Source: Octopus vulgaris (taxonomy: Eukaryota). Taken from it: DNA of 64,000 nucleotides. Shown here piece after piece: positions 13,380 to 27,125 of this stretch. Position 1 is the first letter of the stretch, and each line of letters starts with the position of its first letter. The stretch lies in the NCBI GenBank assembly GCA_951406725.2, contig OX597829.1:29822001-29886000 (forward strand), written 5' to 3'. The notes beneath the pieces are model-generated. The model did not search any database, was not told the DNA's origin, and saw nothing but the letters and a program-made list of their open reading frames with translations. The position numbers and the translations under genes are program-made.

Positions 13380-14440
13380 ATTGTTTATTTTAGGCTGTCA
13401 GATTAAAGATGAAAAATTATAAGTTTGAGTGATTTTATTATGTGTGTTCAAACAAAGCAGCAAACTGTGGAAGCTGCTCACAATATCAACCAGTGAATGT
13501 ACAACTTAAAATTGGTTCCAAAATTTTGTAGTGAAACAAGAGCCTAGAAAATTAGCAATAACCAGTTGAGGGCCATTATAGACTGCAGACCAATGCAAAA
13601 CAATTCAAAAGGTTATAGTACAATTAAGGGAGAGTTTACAAAAAAAAACAAAAGACAAAGACAGGTGGTGTACAAAACAAACAGATGTATTAGTATAAAC
13701 GCTCAGGAATAGAAAAAGTCTTTTACGTTTTGAGCCAACATTCTTCTACAGAAAGGTACACAGAAAAAACAAGGAGAGAAACAAGGAGAGAAAAAAATGT
13801 GTGTAGTGGCTAACGATCTATCATGGTGACATTCAAGTGTTAGTTGATATTTGCACCTTGACTGAAAATGAAGTTCCACAAATGGCTACCACAGAAACTG
13901 AATGAAAAAAGAATGTTGTTATGGAGTCTGCTCAACAAAATGATCCATTTAAATTTTTTTTATCTCATCATGACATGGAATGTAAAAGTATGGATTCAAA
14001 ACAACGAACAACTGGCGGCATTCAGAACAGTTACTGAACTGAAGCAAGAGATTAAATACTTTCCAAATGCAAAGATGCATTAAAAGAAGGTTGTGATCAT
14101 TGCTACATGATTGGGAAATGGAATCACTCATCATTATTTCTTGAATCCCATTTGAACAAACACAACAATGTCATATTATGAGAAAATTGTCAACATTCTC
14201 CAAAAACTTCAGTTATGTTCACTATTGGTCATATGAACAGAGCCAATTTTCCTCTGCGACAACACATGTCTAGCAAATGTCTATTAGAAATTTAATTGGG
14301 GCAGTTACCCTCTCCTTCATTCAGTTTACTCTCCACATGTAACAGTGATCAATGACCACTTGCTTCAATTGTTTTGATAAATGTTAGTGAAAGATTTTCA
14401 ACAATTAGGCAGTAGCTCTAATCACTTTTGAAGAATTTAT
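13380..14440 (+). mobile_element. Heavily decayed mariner transposase relic, interrupted by a Penelope-like fragment at about 13625-13830
   Basis: KWLPQKLNE (WVPHEL-like), IMTWNVKVW (TxDEKW-like) and YSP remnants. Confidence 0.6.
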
Positions 14441-14741
14441 TTATATATATACTTGTATGCATCCTCGTTTTTAATGTTTATTTTTTTCCATGCCTTCATG
14501 ATTTTGAAAAAAAAAACATCATAAAACAGTATTGTACTCCCACTTGCCATTCATAACACTGATCGTTTTTTGTTTTGCAAATAAGGCAACTCTTTCCACG
14601 TGATGTTGCATATCAAAATGCCCAGCTGTAGGACATATTGTTTATCTGGGTCATAAACAAATATAATTACTTGTCCAAGCTGTGACAATATACACCACAC
14701 ACACACACACACACACATTTGTATATCTATCTGCCTATCTG

Positions 14742-14783
<42 letters not shown>

Positions 14784-14849
14784 AACCTATGTATCTATGT
14801 ATCTATGTATCTACTTATCCACCTCTCTCTCTCTATATATATATATATA

Positions 14850-16168
14850 TGAAGGGATACCCAAAAGAAACCAGAATTTTACATTATTTTATTCACTTAG
14901 TTTTACATGTTTACACTTTGATCACCTTCAAAGTATTCTCCATTTGAAGCAATGCATTAGTCCAGGCTTCTTTTCCACTGTTTCAAGCAGTCATGGAACT
15001 CATGTGAAGTGATGCCTTTTAATGCCTCTGTTATTTTTTTCCTTCACCTCTTTCACATCTGCAAATCATTTTCCTTTAAGGACGTTTTCCATTGGGGGAA
15101 CAAAAATAAGTTGCAGGGAACAAGATCGGGTGAATATGAAGGGTGGGTAAGTGGGTTCATGCAAATTTTGGTCAAAGAATTCTCACAGTCAAAATGGTGT
15201 GTGTAGGCACATTGTTGTGATGAAGCCGCTACTCCCCACTTTTCCACTGATCCGGGCGTTTTCATCTTATCGCATCTTGCAAATGCTTCAGAACTGCCAA
15301 GTAAAGTGACTGGTTAACAGTTTGATCAGGAAGAACAAATTTTGTGTGGATAATTCCTTTCACATTGATGAAACAAATCAGCATCGTCTTGACACTGGAC
15401 TTCACTTAACGCACTTTTTTTTGGATAATGGTGATATTGAATGCTTCCATTGACATGATTGCTGCTTTGTTTCTGAGTTACAGCCATAGCACCAGCTTTC
15501 ATCACAAGTAATGACCTTGAAAAAAAGGTCTGGATCAGCTTCTAACTGTTCTTTCAGCTCATGATCCACATTCAATCATGACTGCTTTTGATCTTCCATG
15601 AGCAAGCAAGGCACAAATTTTGCTGCACCTCTTTTCATTTGCAATTCCTTGCTCAAAATTCATTGGCAGGAACTCCAGGACACACCAGTCACATCAACAA
15701 GTTTGACAATTGTTTGGTGATGGTCCTCCAAGATTAGTTTATGAATTTTCATGATGTTTTCATTCATTTAAGAGGCTGATGGTCACCCTGAACAAAGTTG
15801 GCTTCAAGCGATAAGTGACCATTTCTAAAGCATGAAAACCACTCGTAAACTTGTGTTTTGCTCATAGCAGCATCTTTGTAAGCTGTTTGAAACATGACAA
15901 CTGTTTTAGCAGCCAGTTTCCCCAGTGAAAAAACAGAATTTCATGGAAGCATGTTGTACCATTGTTTCAGACGTCATAAAAATCTACAAACAGGGGAGAA
16001 GCACTGCAAAACAAAGATGCACCACATGACAGTATGACTAACCTGAATGATGCCAGTTGGCAGATTAATGCCTGAAGATCACATCAAGTGGCTTCTAGTG
16101 GCAGAAGTCTGAACTACACCAGGCTTGTCCACAGAGAATGTATCCAGTTACTTTTGGGTACCGCCTTG
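14850..16168 (-). mobile_element. Defective mariner (DD34D-type) element, near full length
   Basis: TIRs TA-TGAAGGGATACCCAAAAGAAACCAGA and TCCAGTTACTTTTGGGTACCGCCTTG-TA; HPSYSPDLVPCNLFLFP motif; partial copy of the same end at about 20960-21168. Confidence 0.8.
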
Positions 16169-16192
16169 TATGTATGTATGTATGTATGTATG

Positions 16193-16253
<61 letters not shown>

Positions 16254-16259
<6 letters not shown>

Positions 16260-16550
16260 ATTGCAGCATGGAAGATGTTTATAAGCCATTTAAGAAACAC
16301 ACAAAAACCGTTAGATTCACGTCAACATTTAAATTTAATTTGTCAAAATATTTTCATCGCTTTGAGACTGTGACCTGTTCGCTGACAAAATTCTGTGCTG
16401 CATAATTTTGGAACCAACTTTAACATTGACTGGTTGATATTGTGAACAGCTTCCACAGAATTTTGTCAGTGAACCGGTCTGAAGTGAATCTAACGGTTTT
16501 TGTGTGTTTCTTAAATGGCTTATAAACACCTTCCACGCTGCAATTGTTTT
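16254..16550. repeat. Nested inverted repeat (Penelope-like terminal-repeat relic)
   Basis: 16254-16320 vs 16484-16550, and 16372-16397 vs 16454-16478, are reverse complements. Confidence 0.8.
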
Positions 16551-16574
16551 CATTCCAGCACACAATCTCAGATC

Positions 16575-16834
16575 AGGTCACTTGCTATGCAAGTATATAT
16601 ATATATATATATCATCAAATCATAACTCCAAAAGAGAAGCACACTATAAGTTACAGAGCAGTAAAGTAATTAGAAAAAGATAGTTATGGCTGGTCTATGG
16701 GGTTAGGTCACTTGCTATGCAAGTATATATATATATATATATCATCAAATCATAACTCCAAAAGAGAAGCACACTATAAGTTACAGAGCAGTAAAGTAAT
16801 TAGAAAAAGATAGTTATGGCTGGTCTATGGGGTT
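16575..16834. repeat. Perfect 130-bp tandem duplication
   Basis: 16575-16704 is identical to 16705-16834. Confidence 0.9.
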
Positions 16835-17484
16835 ACCCTGGGTTTCATGTCCATAAAGCACTCAACCGCACAGCATCTTTCAGACCCTAATGGCTGGTGG
16901 CCTATGTATATATATATTTAATGGGGTTTGGCTGTGTGGTAAGAAGCTTGCTTCCCAGCCTTGTGAGTGTGTTAGAAAGTGTGTGTGTATGTGTGTGTCT
17001 TTGTACCTGTGTTAGTCTCCTACCATTGTTTGACAACCAGTGTTGGTGTGTTTACATCCCTGTGAATTAGCAGTTCAGTAAAATAAATGTATTTTAAGCA
17101 TTTACAAGTTTTTTTAAAATTTAGGTGCATTTTCAACAATACATTTTCCTTTATATATAATTCTTCTTTTGGAAAAGTGGATTTCAATGCACTTTAAACT
17201 ATAAATAACAGCATGTAAATATCGGGTAGAGAATCCCTTTCTGATACAAAAAGTTACAGGTAAGAAGGACTAAAGTTTCTAAAATGGATGGAAAAATTTG
17301 CAGGATCGTTTAGTCCAATGGTGGAACAATGGACATGTCTGCAGGAGGTGATTTTCAATCCCATATCTACATGCTATCGTTTATGATTTAATGTGCTCCA
17401 AGCTTTGCTCTTCCAAAAAAGAATCATTTCATAATCTTTTGAGGTTTATAAATTCTTATGATGTCAACATTATACATCTATCTA

Positions 17485-17539
<55 letters not shown>

Positions 17540-17542
<3 letters not shown>

Positions 17543-17930
17543 CTCTTTTACTCTTTTACTTTTTTCAGTTGTTTGACTGTGGCCATGCAGGAGCACCATC
17601 TTTAGTCGAGCAAATCAGCCCCTGGACTTATTCCTTTCTAAGCCTAGTACTTATTCTATCAGTTTCTTTTGCTGAATCGCTAAGTTATGGGGATGTAGAC
17701 ATACCAGCATCAGTTGTCAAGCGATGTTGGGGGAACAAACACAGACACACAAATATATACACACACATATATATATATATATATAGAAGACGGGCTTCTT
17801 TCAGTTTCCGTCTACCAAATACACTCACAAGGCTTTGGTCGGCTGAGGCTATAGTAGCCCAATGTGCCATGCAGTAGGACTGAACCTGGAACCATGTGGT
17901 TCGTAAGCAAGCTACTTACCACTCCTACGC
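17540..17930 (-). mobile_element. SINE family B
   Basis: Homology to the other copies. Confidence 0.85.
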
Positions 17931-17993
17931 CTATATATATATATATATATATATATACAGATGAGTGTGTATAGATATATGTGTGAGTGCATG

Positions 17994-18026
<33 letters not shown>

Positions 18027-18433
18027 GTGTGTGTGTGTATAATATATACATATACACATGCATATGCGTATATGTTTGTATATAATATATATGCATATGT
18101 ACAAACACAGGTACACACGTAAATATGTATACCAACATACTCATACTTGTGTATCTTTTATTATTACTCACTATTCTGAGAATACCAATTTACTGTGAAA
18201 ATCTGTTTCTTAGATTTGTACTTTACTACTGAATAAGATAGGAATCAAAAATACACTCCCATGTAGATAAGAGAGAAATATGTGTCATCTAATATTAGAA
18301 GAATCTTTATATGAATGTATATGCGTGTGTATGTGTGTGTGTGTGTGCATGTGTGCGTATGCATGTGTGTATGTGTATGTGTGTGTGTATGTGCATACAT
18401 ATATATATATATGTATGTAAAATATGTATGTAA

Positions 18434-18471
<38 letters not shown>

Positions 18472-19576
18472 ATGCATATATACATATCTATAAATACATA
18501 TATGCATATGTGTGTGTGTGTGTTTGTCTGTGTTTATATGCGTTTGTATGCATACACACACACACACACACAATTGCCCACTGAGAAGATCCTGCCTCTC
18601 AAAGGCTGTAGTCTATAGAGCTACCTTAACACCATCCAATGGCATTAGATGAAACTAAACAGGCATGAGAATCTATGGGTTTTTTTTAAAGGAAGTTACA
18701 TTCAGTATGTGCACTTCTTCACCTGCTGAGTTAGGGAAAAATTCTACTTCCCTGACTTGCTTCATCTAGAGACTCTGCAATCATTGCAATTTTTCCTCGA
18801 CATCAAATGCAGTATTATTGATAGAGATACTCACTCTCCAGGAACTAACAATTGCTAGCTCTGTCTCTCTGAGAGACTATACATACTTCATCAACTTCCA
18901 TCAACAGGGAGAATAAAATACCTTATTGTATCCACCAGAGGTACAACCAATTAATGAATTTCCAACTACTTGCAGCTGATAATCCAGATAGTCCAGTCTT
19001 AATTTGGTTTCCCCTAAAACATAATGGCAGGGTGTTTAATCCCTGCTTCTTGTATAGACTACTATCTCACCAATGTTGGTGATCTATCGAATCTGGTTAC
19101 TCCTATGTAAAGATTGCTGCTGTTAATATGATTATATACAATTGAATGGTGACTGATCTACTAAACTGTGACAACATCCAGCTCGACCATGTTTGGTACC
19201 AAATGCAATGAAACCGATGTTATTGATTACCTAATATATGACAGCTTGCCACCAAAGTGGCATCAACTTCGTGTCAAAATACTGTTGGAGCACATAAGGC
19301 TTAAGAATAAATGAGAGAACTAGTGTTGCTTCCACAAGATTAACAACACTACACAGTCAGAGCTGACCTTTTGAGGCCTAACATTTAGAAACCATTTTGA
19401 ATTTGTCTCAATTCCCTTACTCTTTTCTCAGTACCTGGAACTAAGTCAAAGTGTTATTAAAAACATGAGTAATACCTACAAAATGTGCTCACTGCCACTT
19501 TCTTTTGTTTGTCTGCTCACTCATATGCATATATACATATATGCATACATACATGCATGCATACATACATACACTA

Positions 19577-19965
19577 TGGAAATCGATCAATGGAAATTGC
19601 AGATGTGTTACCAGTGCCGGTGGCATGTAAGAGAACCTTCCGTTTCGCGACCATTGCCAGCACCGCCCCGTTTCGTGTCTGTTGCCAGCCTTGCCTGGCC
19701 CTCGTGCCGGTGGCACATAAAAAGCACCATCCGTTCGTGGCCGTTTGCCAGCTCTGTCTGGCACCTGTGCGGGTGGCACGTAAAAAGCACCCACTACACT
19801 CACGGAGTGGTTGGCGTTAGGAAGGGCATCCAGCCGTAGAAACACTGCCAGATTTGACTGGGCCTGATGAAGCCTTCTGGCTTCACAGACCCCAGTAGAA
19901 CCGTCCAACCCATGCTAGCATGGAAAACGGACGCTAAACGACGATGATGATGATGATGATGATGA
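19577..19965 (+). mobile_element. RTE LINE 3' UTR fragment
   Basis: GTGCCGGTGGCAC repeats, conserved 3' end, (TGA)n tail. Confidence 0.85.
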
Positions 19966-20467
19966 TACACATACATACATAGAAATATGCATTCAAACAC
20001 ACATACATAAATACATGCATGCACACATACACACACACATGCATGCACGCACACACAAATAAACATAAAAATGACCTCTATACTGTTGGAAGGCAATATT
20101 TTCACATTTCAAGATGGCAGGAAGTGAGTCATTGTGGTAGTGTTGATATTTCACCTCTTCCATATCAACCAATGTTATTTCTTATTTAAGTATAAGTTTG
20201 AAAGTTGATCCAACACAAAGGAATTCCAACTAGATGAAATCTCCAAGCAGCTTAAATGCACAATGCTCTGATATCCAAATGGCTAAAAAATATCAACAGA
20301 AGAGCACATAGGAGCCATGACCTGACTGCAGAAAGTAAGGAATTAAGAGCTGAAACACTTGCCTAAAGAAGTTTCTTCTCTAAAAACCTTTTGCTGTTTG
20401 GCTTGCTGAGAATCTTTTTTACCACTATATATGTGAGTGTGTGTGTATCTACACACACACATACACA

Positions 20468-20915
20468 GGTGCAGGCAAGGCTGTAGGGTAAGAAGCTTGC
20501 GTCCCAACCACATGGTTTTGGGTTCAGTCCCACTGTGTGGTATCTTGTCCTCTACTATAGCTTCAGGCCAACCAAAACCTTGTGAGTGGATTTGGTAGAC
20601 GGAAAATGAAAGAAGCCTGTCATATATACATATATCATCATCATCATCGTTTAACGTCTGTTTTCCATGCTAGCATGGGTTGGATGGTTCGATTGGGTCT
20701 GGGAAGCCAGGAGGGCTGCACCAAACTCCAGTCTGACCTGGTAGTGTTTCTACAGCTGGATGCCCTTCCTAATGCCAACCACTCCGTGAGTGTAGTGGGT
20801 GCTTTTTACGTGCCACCGGCACAGGGACCAGAGGAGGCTGGCAAAAGCCACGATCGGTTGGTGCTTTTTACGTGCCACCGGCACGGAAGCCAGCCAAGAC
20901 AGTGCTGGCATCAAC
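20468..20915. mobile_element. SINE B 5' half (+) abutting an RTE 3' fragment (-)
   Basis: SINE head 20468-20620; RTE tail 20635-20915. Confidence 0.75.
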
Positions 20916-21724
20916 TGTCATATATATATATATATATATGGAAAACTAAATATTTTTATTCCACATGGGTAAAACACTGCAAAAAAAATGGGTGATGAAC
21001 ACTGCAAAACAAAAACACACCATGTGGCAGTACAACTTCAATCAACAACATGGGTCAGCACACTGATGCCTGAGGGTTGCATCATGTGGCTTCTAACAGT
21101 AGAAGCCTCAACAACAATGGGCTTGTCCCACAGTGAGCATTTCCAGTTACTTTTGGGTACCCCTTTGTATTCTTAAAAGACAAAAAAAAGTGACCAGCAA
21201 GCCACTACAGAGAATCCCATTCCTCTTTTGCAGCTTGCAGGTCACTTTTTGCAATCTTGTGAGTGTTTTTACCAGATCTTCTAAGCTGTTTTCCTAACTA
21301 TTCTCCTGAATTCAAGATTTCCTCAGTTTCTAAAATAAAAATACCAACTCACTTAATGTTTTGGTGTTTGTTTATAAAAATGTTCTGATATCCAAAAGCT
21401 ATTATTTGACATTATTAAAGATGGTATCTGTTGTCATCGGTCTTTTAGCTCAAAGGTCCAAAGTGTTCAGTTGGATTTTGTGAGAAGCAGACTTCAATTC
21501 TCTGTAGCAGCATGCTACTCTTTTTCCATCTTATAAGGGTATTTTTACCTAATATTCTAAACTGTTTTTACAGATATTTTCCTGCATTCGAAATTTCCCT
21601 CATTTCTAACACACACACACACACATCATCATCATCATCATCATCATTAGACCATATAACCAAAAAAGCAGCACACTCTAAAAGTTAGAGCAGTAACGTA
21701 TTTACAGGTGATTAATTAGATGTC

Positions 21725-21800
21725 CGGTCACAGAGTGACTAATGGTTTCGCATCCATAAAGTGCTTAGCCTTATAGACAACTCATCAGATTCCAATGACC
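21725..21800 (-). ncRNA. Degenerate type I hammerhead ribozyme motif (Penelope-like)
   Basis: ggtcattggaat CTGATGA gttgtctataag...ctttatggatgc GAAA ccattag TC actctgtgacc; stem I ggtca/tgacc; homolog at 16822-16895. Confidence 0.6.
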
Positions 21801-21849
21801 ATGGAGGTTATATGTCCATCCATGGACATCTTAATCTCCTGTAAATATA

Positions 21850-21883
<34 letters not shown>

Positions 21884-22370
21884 CTGTCAAAAGTGAGGAT
21901 GCAATTTCCTTGTCAGGGATTTTAAAAATCTGAATATCAACTGGTGTTATCAATTTATATATTGAGAGAAAATTCCTCAATATATAAGGATAAACTGTCC
22001 AATATTTTGTTAAGTAAATATAAGAAAATGGAGGAGAAATATAGTGGATACTTATTTAATTTTATTTGCATCATGATGAAGACATATCAAATAGTATAAT
22101 ACAAATAAGATTTAAAGTAACAGAATCAACATAATAAATAATCAAAAAAGATGACTACACATGTTTCAATCTGGTCACTCGGTGAACAACTGCTTCGGAT
22201 CATCACAATTCGAACCATGTTGGGTGTAAAAGAGCCCCCACAGAATGTCAAGATTTCATCAGAGTGAAATTTCCTACATCTTGGTGGTAAATAACAAATA
22301 AGATTGATGAGGACCGTATTTTCGAATATTCATGATACAAATAAAATTAAATGTATATATATATATACAT

Positions 22371-22431
<61 letters not shown>

Positions 22432-22450
22432 CATACATACATACACACAC

Positions 22451-22494
<44 letters not shown>

Positions 22495-22507
22495 CTTATA
22501 TACGTTT

Positions 22508-22945
22508 ATCATCATCATCATCATCATCATTTAACGTCCATTCTCCATGCTAGCATGGGTTGGTTGGTTCGACCAGGGATCTGGGAAGCCAGAAGGCTGC
22601 ACCAAGCTCCAGTCTTATCTGGCAATGTTTCTACAGCTGGATGCCCTTCCTAACGCCAACCACTCCGTGAGTGTAGTGGGTGCTTTTTAAGTGCCACCTG
22701 CACAGGTGCCAGGCGAGGCTGGCAACGGCCACGGTCGGATTGGTGCGTTTTACGTGCCACCGGCATGGAAGCCAGTCGAGGCGGCACTGGCTTCGGCCAC
22801 GATTCGGATGGTGCTTTTTACGTGCTACCGTCACAGAAACCAGTCGAGGTGGCGTTGGCATCGGCCACGATTCGGATAGTGCTTTTTACGTACCACCAGT
22901 CCAGGGGTCCTGGCATCTGCCGGGTGCCAGTCATAGGATTGGTTC
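22508..22945 (-). mobile_element. RTE LINE 3' UTR fragment
   Basis: Family 3' end and internal ~55-bp repeats. Confidence 0.85.
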
Positions 22946-23997
22946 AGTATATATACATTATTGTGTCTGGAGAGAGTCATTTTCTTTTAGTGCCCTATTG
23001 TTTAACACACTCACCAGTTCAATTTCCACTCATTTACTTATTTATTTTAAATTAGTTAGATATATGTACACACACACACACACATCATTGATAGTGAGAT
23101 TCAGCCTTTATGTTGCTACCATAAGTCTTCTACTATAGCGTGTGTGTGTGTGTGTGTGTGCACGTGTGTGTGTTTGTGTGTCTGTGTTTGTCCCCTCAAC
23201 ATTACAACTGTTGTTGGACCAGGCTGTATATTGTGTTCTTGAGCAAGGCACTTTATTTACATTGCTCCAGTTCACTCAGTTGTAGAAATGAGTTGCAACA
23301 TCATTGGTCCTTGGAGGGATCGAGCAGAGAACTGGAAAAAAAAAATGATGCTGTCAGAGAAGCCATTGTTTACAACCAGTAGACATAGTGGGAAAACATG
23401 AAACCCACACACTCTCTCACACACTCACACACACACACACACACACATTAATATTCATGCATACCTCAATATAAGTTGATAATTGGCTTCAAGACTTGCA
23501 ACTTAATCAGCATAACAGGAAAAGGAATTTTTGAAACTTTATCAACTTATATCTGTTTTGGTAAATGGCTCACACATATTTTCACATGTATTTTATTCTA
23601 TTTTCTGTTTCAGTATTGATTTTTTAGGTGTTTATGTATTTTTTTTTTATATATTTATGATTTGAAATACATTCACTGAGACTGATGTAAAGTCAGATAA
23701 CTCAATTGAAGTTGAGGTATATTTTTTTCACCCTTAATATCTTAAAGAAGTGATGTAAAGTTGAAAAAAGATGTAACTTGAATGAGGTAACATAAGTTGA
23801 GGTATGCCTATATGTATGTATGCATACATGTATGTATGTATGTATGTATGTATGTATGTATGTATGTGTGTGTATGTGTGTATGTGTGTATGTATGTATG
23901 TATGTATATCATAATTTAATATCTGTTGTACATGCTGGCATAGGCTGGATGGTGTGACCAGAGTTGGCAAACTAATGGGGCAGGCTGCACCAGACTC

Positions 23998-24032
<35 letters not shown>

Positions 24033-24042
24033 CACATACATT

Positions 24043-25279
24043 CAGGGTTTGAACAAAATTATGGAAACACCTAGCATCATAATATTGAAATATCTATAAA
24101 ACCGTCAAAAGCTTGTTTATTTTTGTGTTTTTTTATTTATTATTAGTGTTGTTTAATATGTTTTGCTAAAATTACTGTTTCTTTTCAGATATCATCAGAA
24201 AAAGGTAATTAAAATTCATTAAAATGACAGATCTTTTGGACTTTCAAAGAGGTCAAATTGTTGGTGCTCATATGGCAGGTGCTAGTGTAATGGAAACAGC
24301 CAAAATATTTGGTGTATCAAGAAGTACTATCTCGAAAGTAATGACAGCCTTTGAGAAAGAGGGAAAAACCTCCTCGCCAAAACAAAACTCTGGAAGAAAG
24401 CCAAAACTTTCAGATAGGAACCGTCAGAATCTTACGTGAATTGTTAGAAAGGATCACAAAAGTACAGCGCCCAAAATTACTGCAGAGCTTAATGACCACC
24501 TTGAGAACCCAGTTTCCACAAAATCTGTTTGCCGGGAGCTGCACAAAGCTGGATTTCATGGGAGGGCTGCAATCCAAAATAAATGTTGCAAAGCATTTAG
24601 AGTGGAATAAAAACCTACAGAATTGGTCCCCAGAGCAGTGGAAGAATGTTATTTTCTCGGATGAGTCATCCTTTACCTTATTTCCGATCACTGGCTGACT
24701 TTACGTGTGGAGACAATCAAAAGAAGCATTTGACCTAGACTACCTTCTTCCAACTGTTAAACATAGAGGAGGATCTATGAGGATATGGGGGCTATATCTT
24801 GGAAATCCACTGGCTCAATGGTTTTCCTCCATGGCAGAATTAATATTTAAGCATTTTATCTGATCAAATTCATCCTATGGCTACGGAACTGTTTCTGGAG
24901 GGAAACACAATCTTTCAGGATGATAATGCACCAATTAACACAGCTAAACTTGTTACTGAATGGTACGAGGAAAATTCTAGTGAAGTTGGACATCTTACCT
25001 GGCTACCACAGTCCCCAGATCTCAATATTATTGAACATTTATGGGGCATTTTAGAGAAACAAGTAAGAAGTCGTTATCTTCCACCATCATCACTACAAGA
25101 ACTGGAAACTGTTTTAGCTGAAGAATGGACAAAAATTCCTTTGGAAACAATTCAAAGTTGGTATGAGTCCATACCTCATAGAATTCATGCTGTAATTACT
25201 GTCAAAGGCGGTCCTAATCCATATTAAAATAAATTTGTTTGAAATTTTAAGCTGCTTCCATTATTTTGTTCAACCCTTG
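24043..25279 (+). mobile_element. Tc1-like (DD34E) transposon, full length, transposase disrupted (24224-25227)
   Basis: TIRs CAGGGTTTGAACAAAATTATGGAAACACC and GCTGCTTCCATTATTTTGTTCAACCCTTG-TA; HTH with SGRKPKL, IFSDES, IFQDDNAP, SPDLNIIEHLW; stops and frameshifts. Confidence 0.92.
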
Positions 25280-25612
25280 TATATATGGAGTAATCATTAC
25301 TGATGATCTTTAATACCAAACAAAACTAGCTCACTAGTATAGTGACCTCGCTCACTGTGGAGCTTTTATCTCCCCTGTCAAATTGTTTTTTGTGACTATA
25401 AGAGTCAAATTGACTCTTGTTTCTAGCAATCTAGATGCTACCCTGTATCCTCAGTCACTATTAGTGGCAATTGAATTTTTCCTTTTTGGTTTTATATTGC
25501 ATCAAGCCACCTTCATTATTTTACACAAATATATGCATATATTTATAGATGGATATGTGTATATCTATCTATCTAATTTTAACTTTCAATCTCTCTCTAT
25601 ATATATATTTAT

Positions 25613-26115
25613 ATACCATAAATCCTCGTGTATAATCTGCATTTTTTCCCCAAAATTTAAAGGTTAAAATCCCTTGTGCGTACTATATACGAGGTTAAAA
25701 ATGAAAAATACTTTCTTAGCAATATCCGAGTCTCTATTTGCTGTCCAGCAATGTTTATTCAGATGAATTTTGTGATGTCAGGCGTGAAAATACCTTAAGC
25801 TAAGCCTGAAAGCAATGAAGTCATAAAAGAATCATCCATAACTTGCAGTAAGCAACATTTATTAAAATAAAAGTATTCAGAACACAGAATAACATGTAAC
25901 AAAAACAATTTACAAACATATTTACATTCCCATATAACAGTTAAGAACATCAGCATTATTGTATTATGCATGCTCGGAAGTGTTTGTTCGACTAGGTGCT
26001 GCTGGCTTCATTACGCACCACTCAAGTTAGAGAAGGGGTGCATATTATACACAAAGTTTAGGTTTTTCAGAGGTACAGCCCCCTAAAAATCCCCTGCGTA
26101 TTATACTCAGGAGGG
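25613..26115. mobile_element. pogo/Tigger-like MITE relic
   Basis: TA-CCATAAATCCTCGTGTATAA start, with inverted subterminal TGCGTATTATAC motifs. Confidence 0.5.
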
Positions 26116-27125
26116 AAGAAGAAAGAGTTGAAAAGATGGAGTGCATGGTTAGTGTTGTGGATGTGGGAGGGGAGGGAAGCCACTTGTGGGGAGGGGCAAG
26201 GACATGGTCGTGGTATTGCTCTGTTCATCAATTTTTGTAATGGTTGGAAATGCCCCAACTTGTGACAAAGTGGGCAGTGGTGGTTTCATCATGACAATGC
26301 ACCTGCACACACTGCCTTGTGTGTGAGACAGTTTTGGACCAAGAACACTTGGATTTTTTATCTCATTCTGTTAATTTTTATATAGATGCATGCTAATACA
26401 CAGCCTACGTTACACTCCTCATTCATATCATTATCGAACCTGGAGCTTAACTATAGTCTGTCCATAGCACTTACACAGCATTACCTGACACTTTTGGATC
26501 TTCTTGACACCAATACCTTTCATACCTTATATATATATATATATATATATTAAGTAAAAAGTGTGTTATGAGCATTTGTAGTATATAATCCTATATAAAC
26601 TCATCTAACAGTTAAAAAATGGAGAAGAGAGGATGTTAAAAGTTTTTATAAAGTTTTAATCCATACGGTCATTTTGAATGATAATACCAACATGTAAGAA
26701 ACATGGAAAAATTAAATTAATTATAATAATAATTAAAATAATAATTAAATTAAATTAATCTAATTACATATTACCATTCTCCTCAGTAGAAAAGATGCAG
26801 AAAACATAAAAAAAGTTATTATCAAAAGAATATTACAATGAAACTACAGAGAGCCTGTGTTGGATAAACTTGATATTCATAAAAAAGATTGTGAAAGAGT
26901 AAAAAAGAAATATAGGAACACGAGTTCATATCGGATTATATACTATAAATACTCATAACACTGTTTAAACTTGTCATGTTTTCATATTTTAAATACATGC
27001 ATTAGCAAGCTACTACTTTGATAGGAAGAATCCTTATTAGAGATCTAACTTTTTGGACCCCACAAAGAGTTCAAAATGTTCTACTTGAACTAAATCTTTC
27101 TCACACACAGACACACACATATATA

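Noticed and set aside
18640-19440. Unique-looking segment as a host exon
   Set aside because: No ORF of 60 aa or more in the ORF track; most likely an old LINE relic that cannot be assigned
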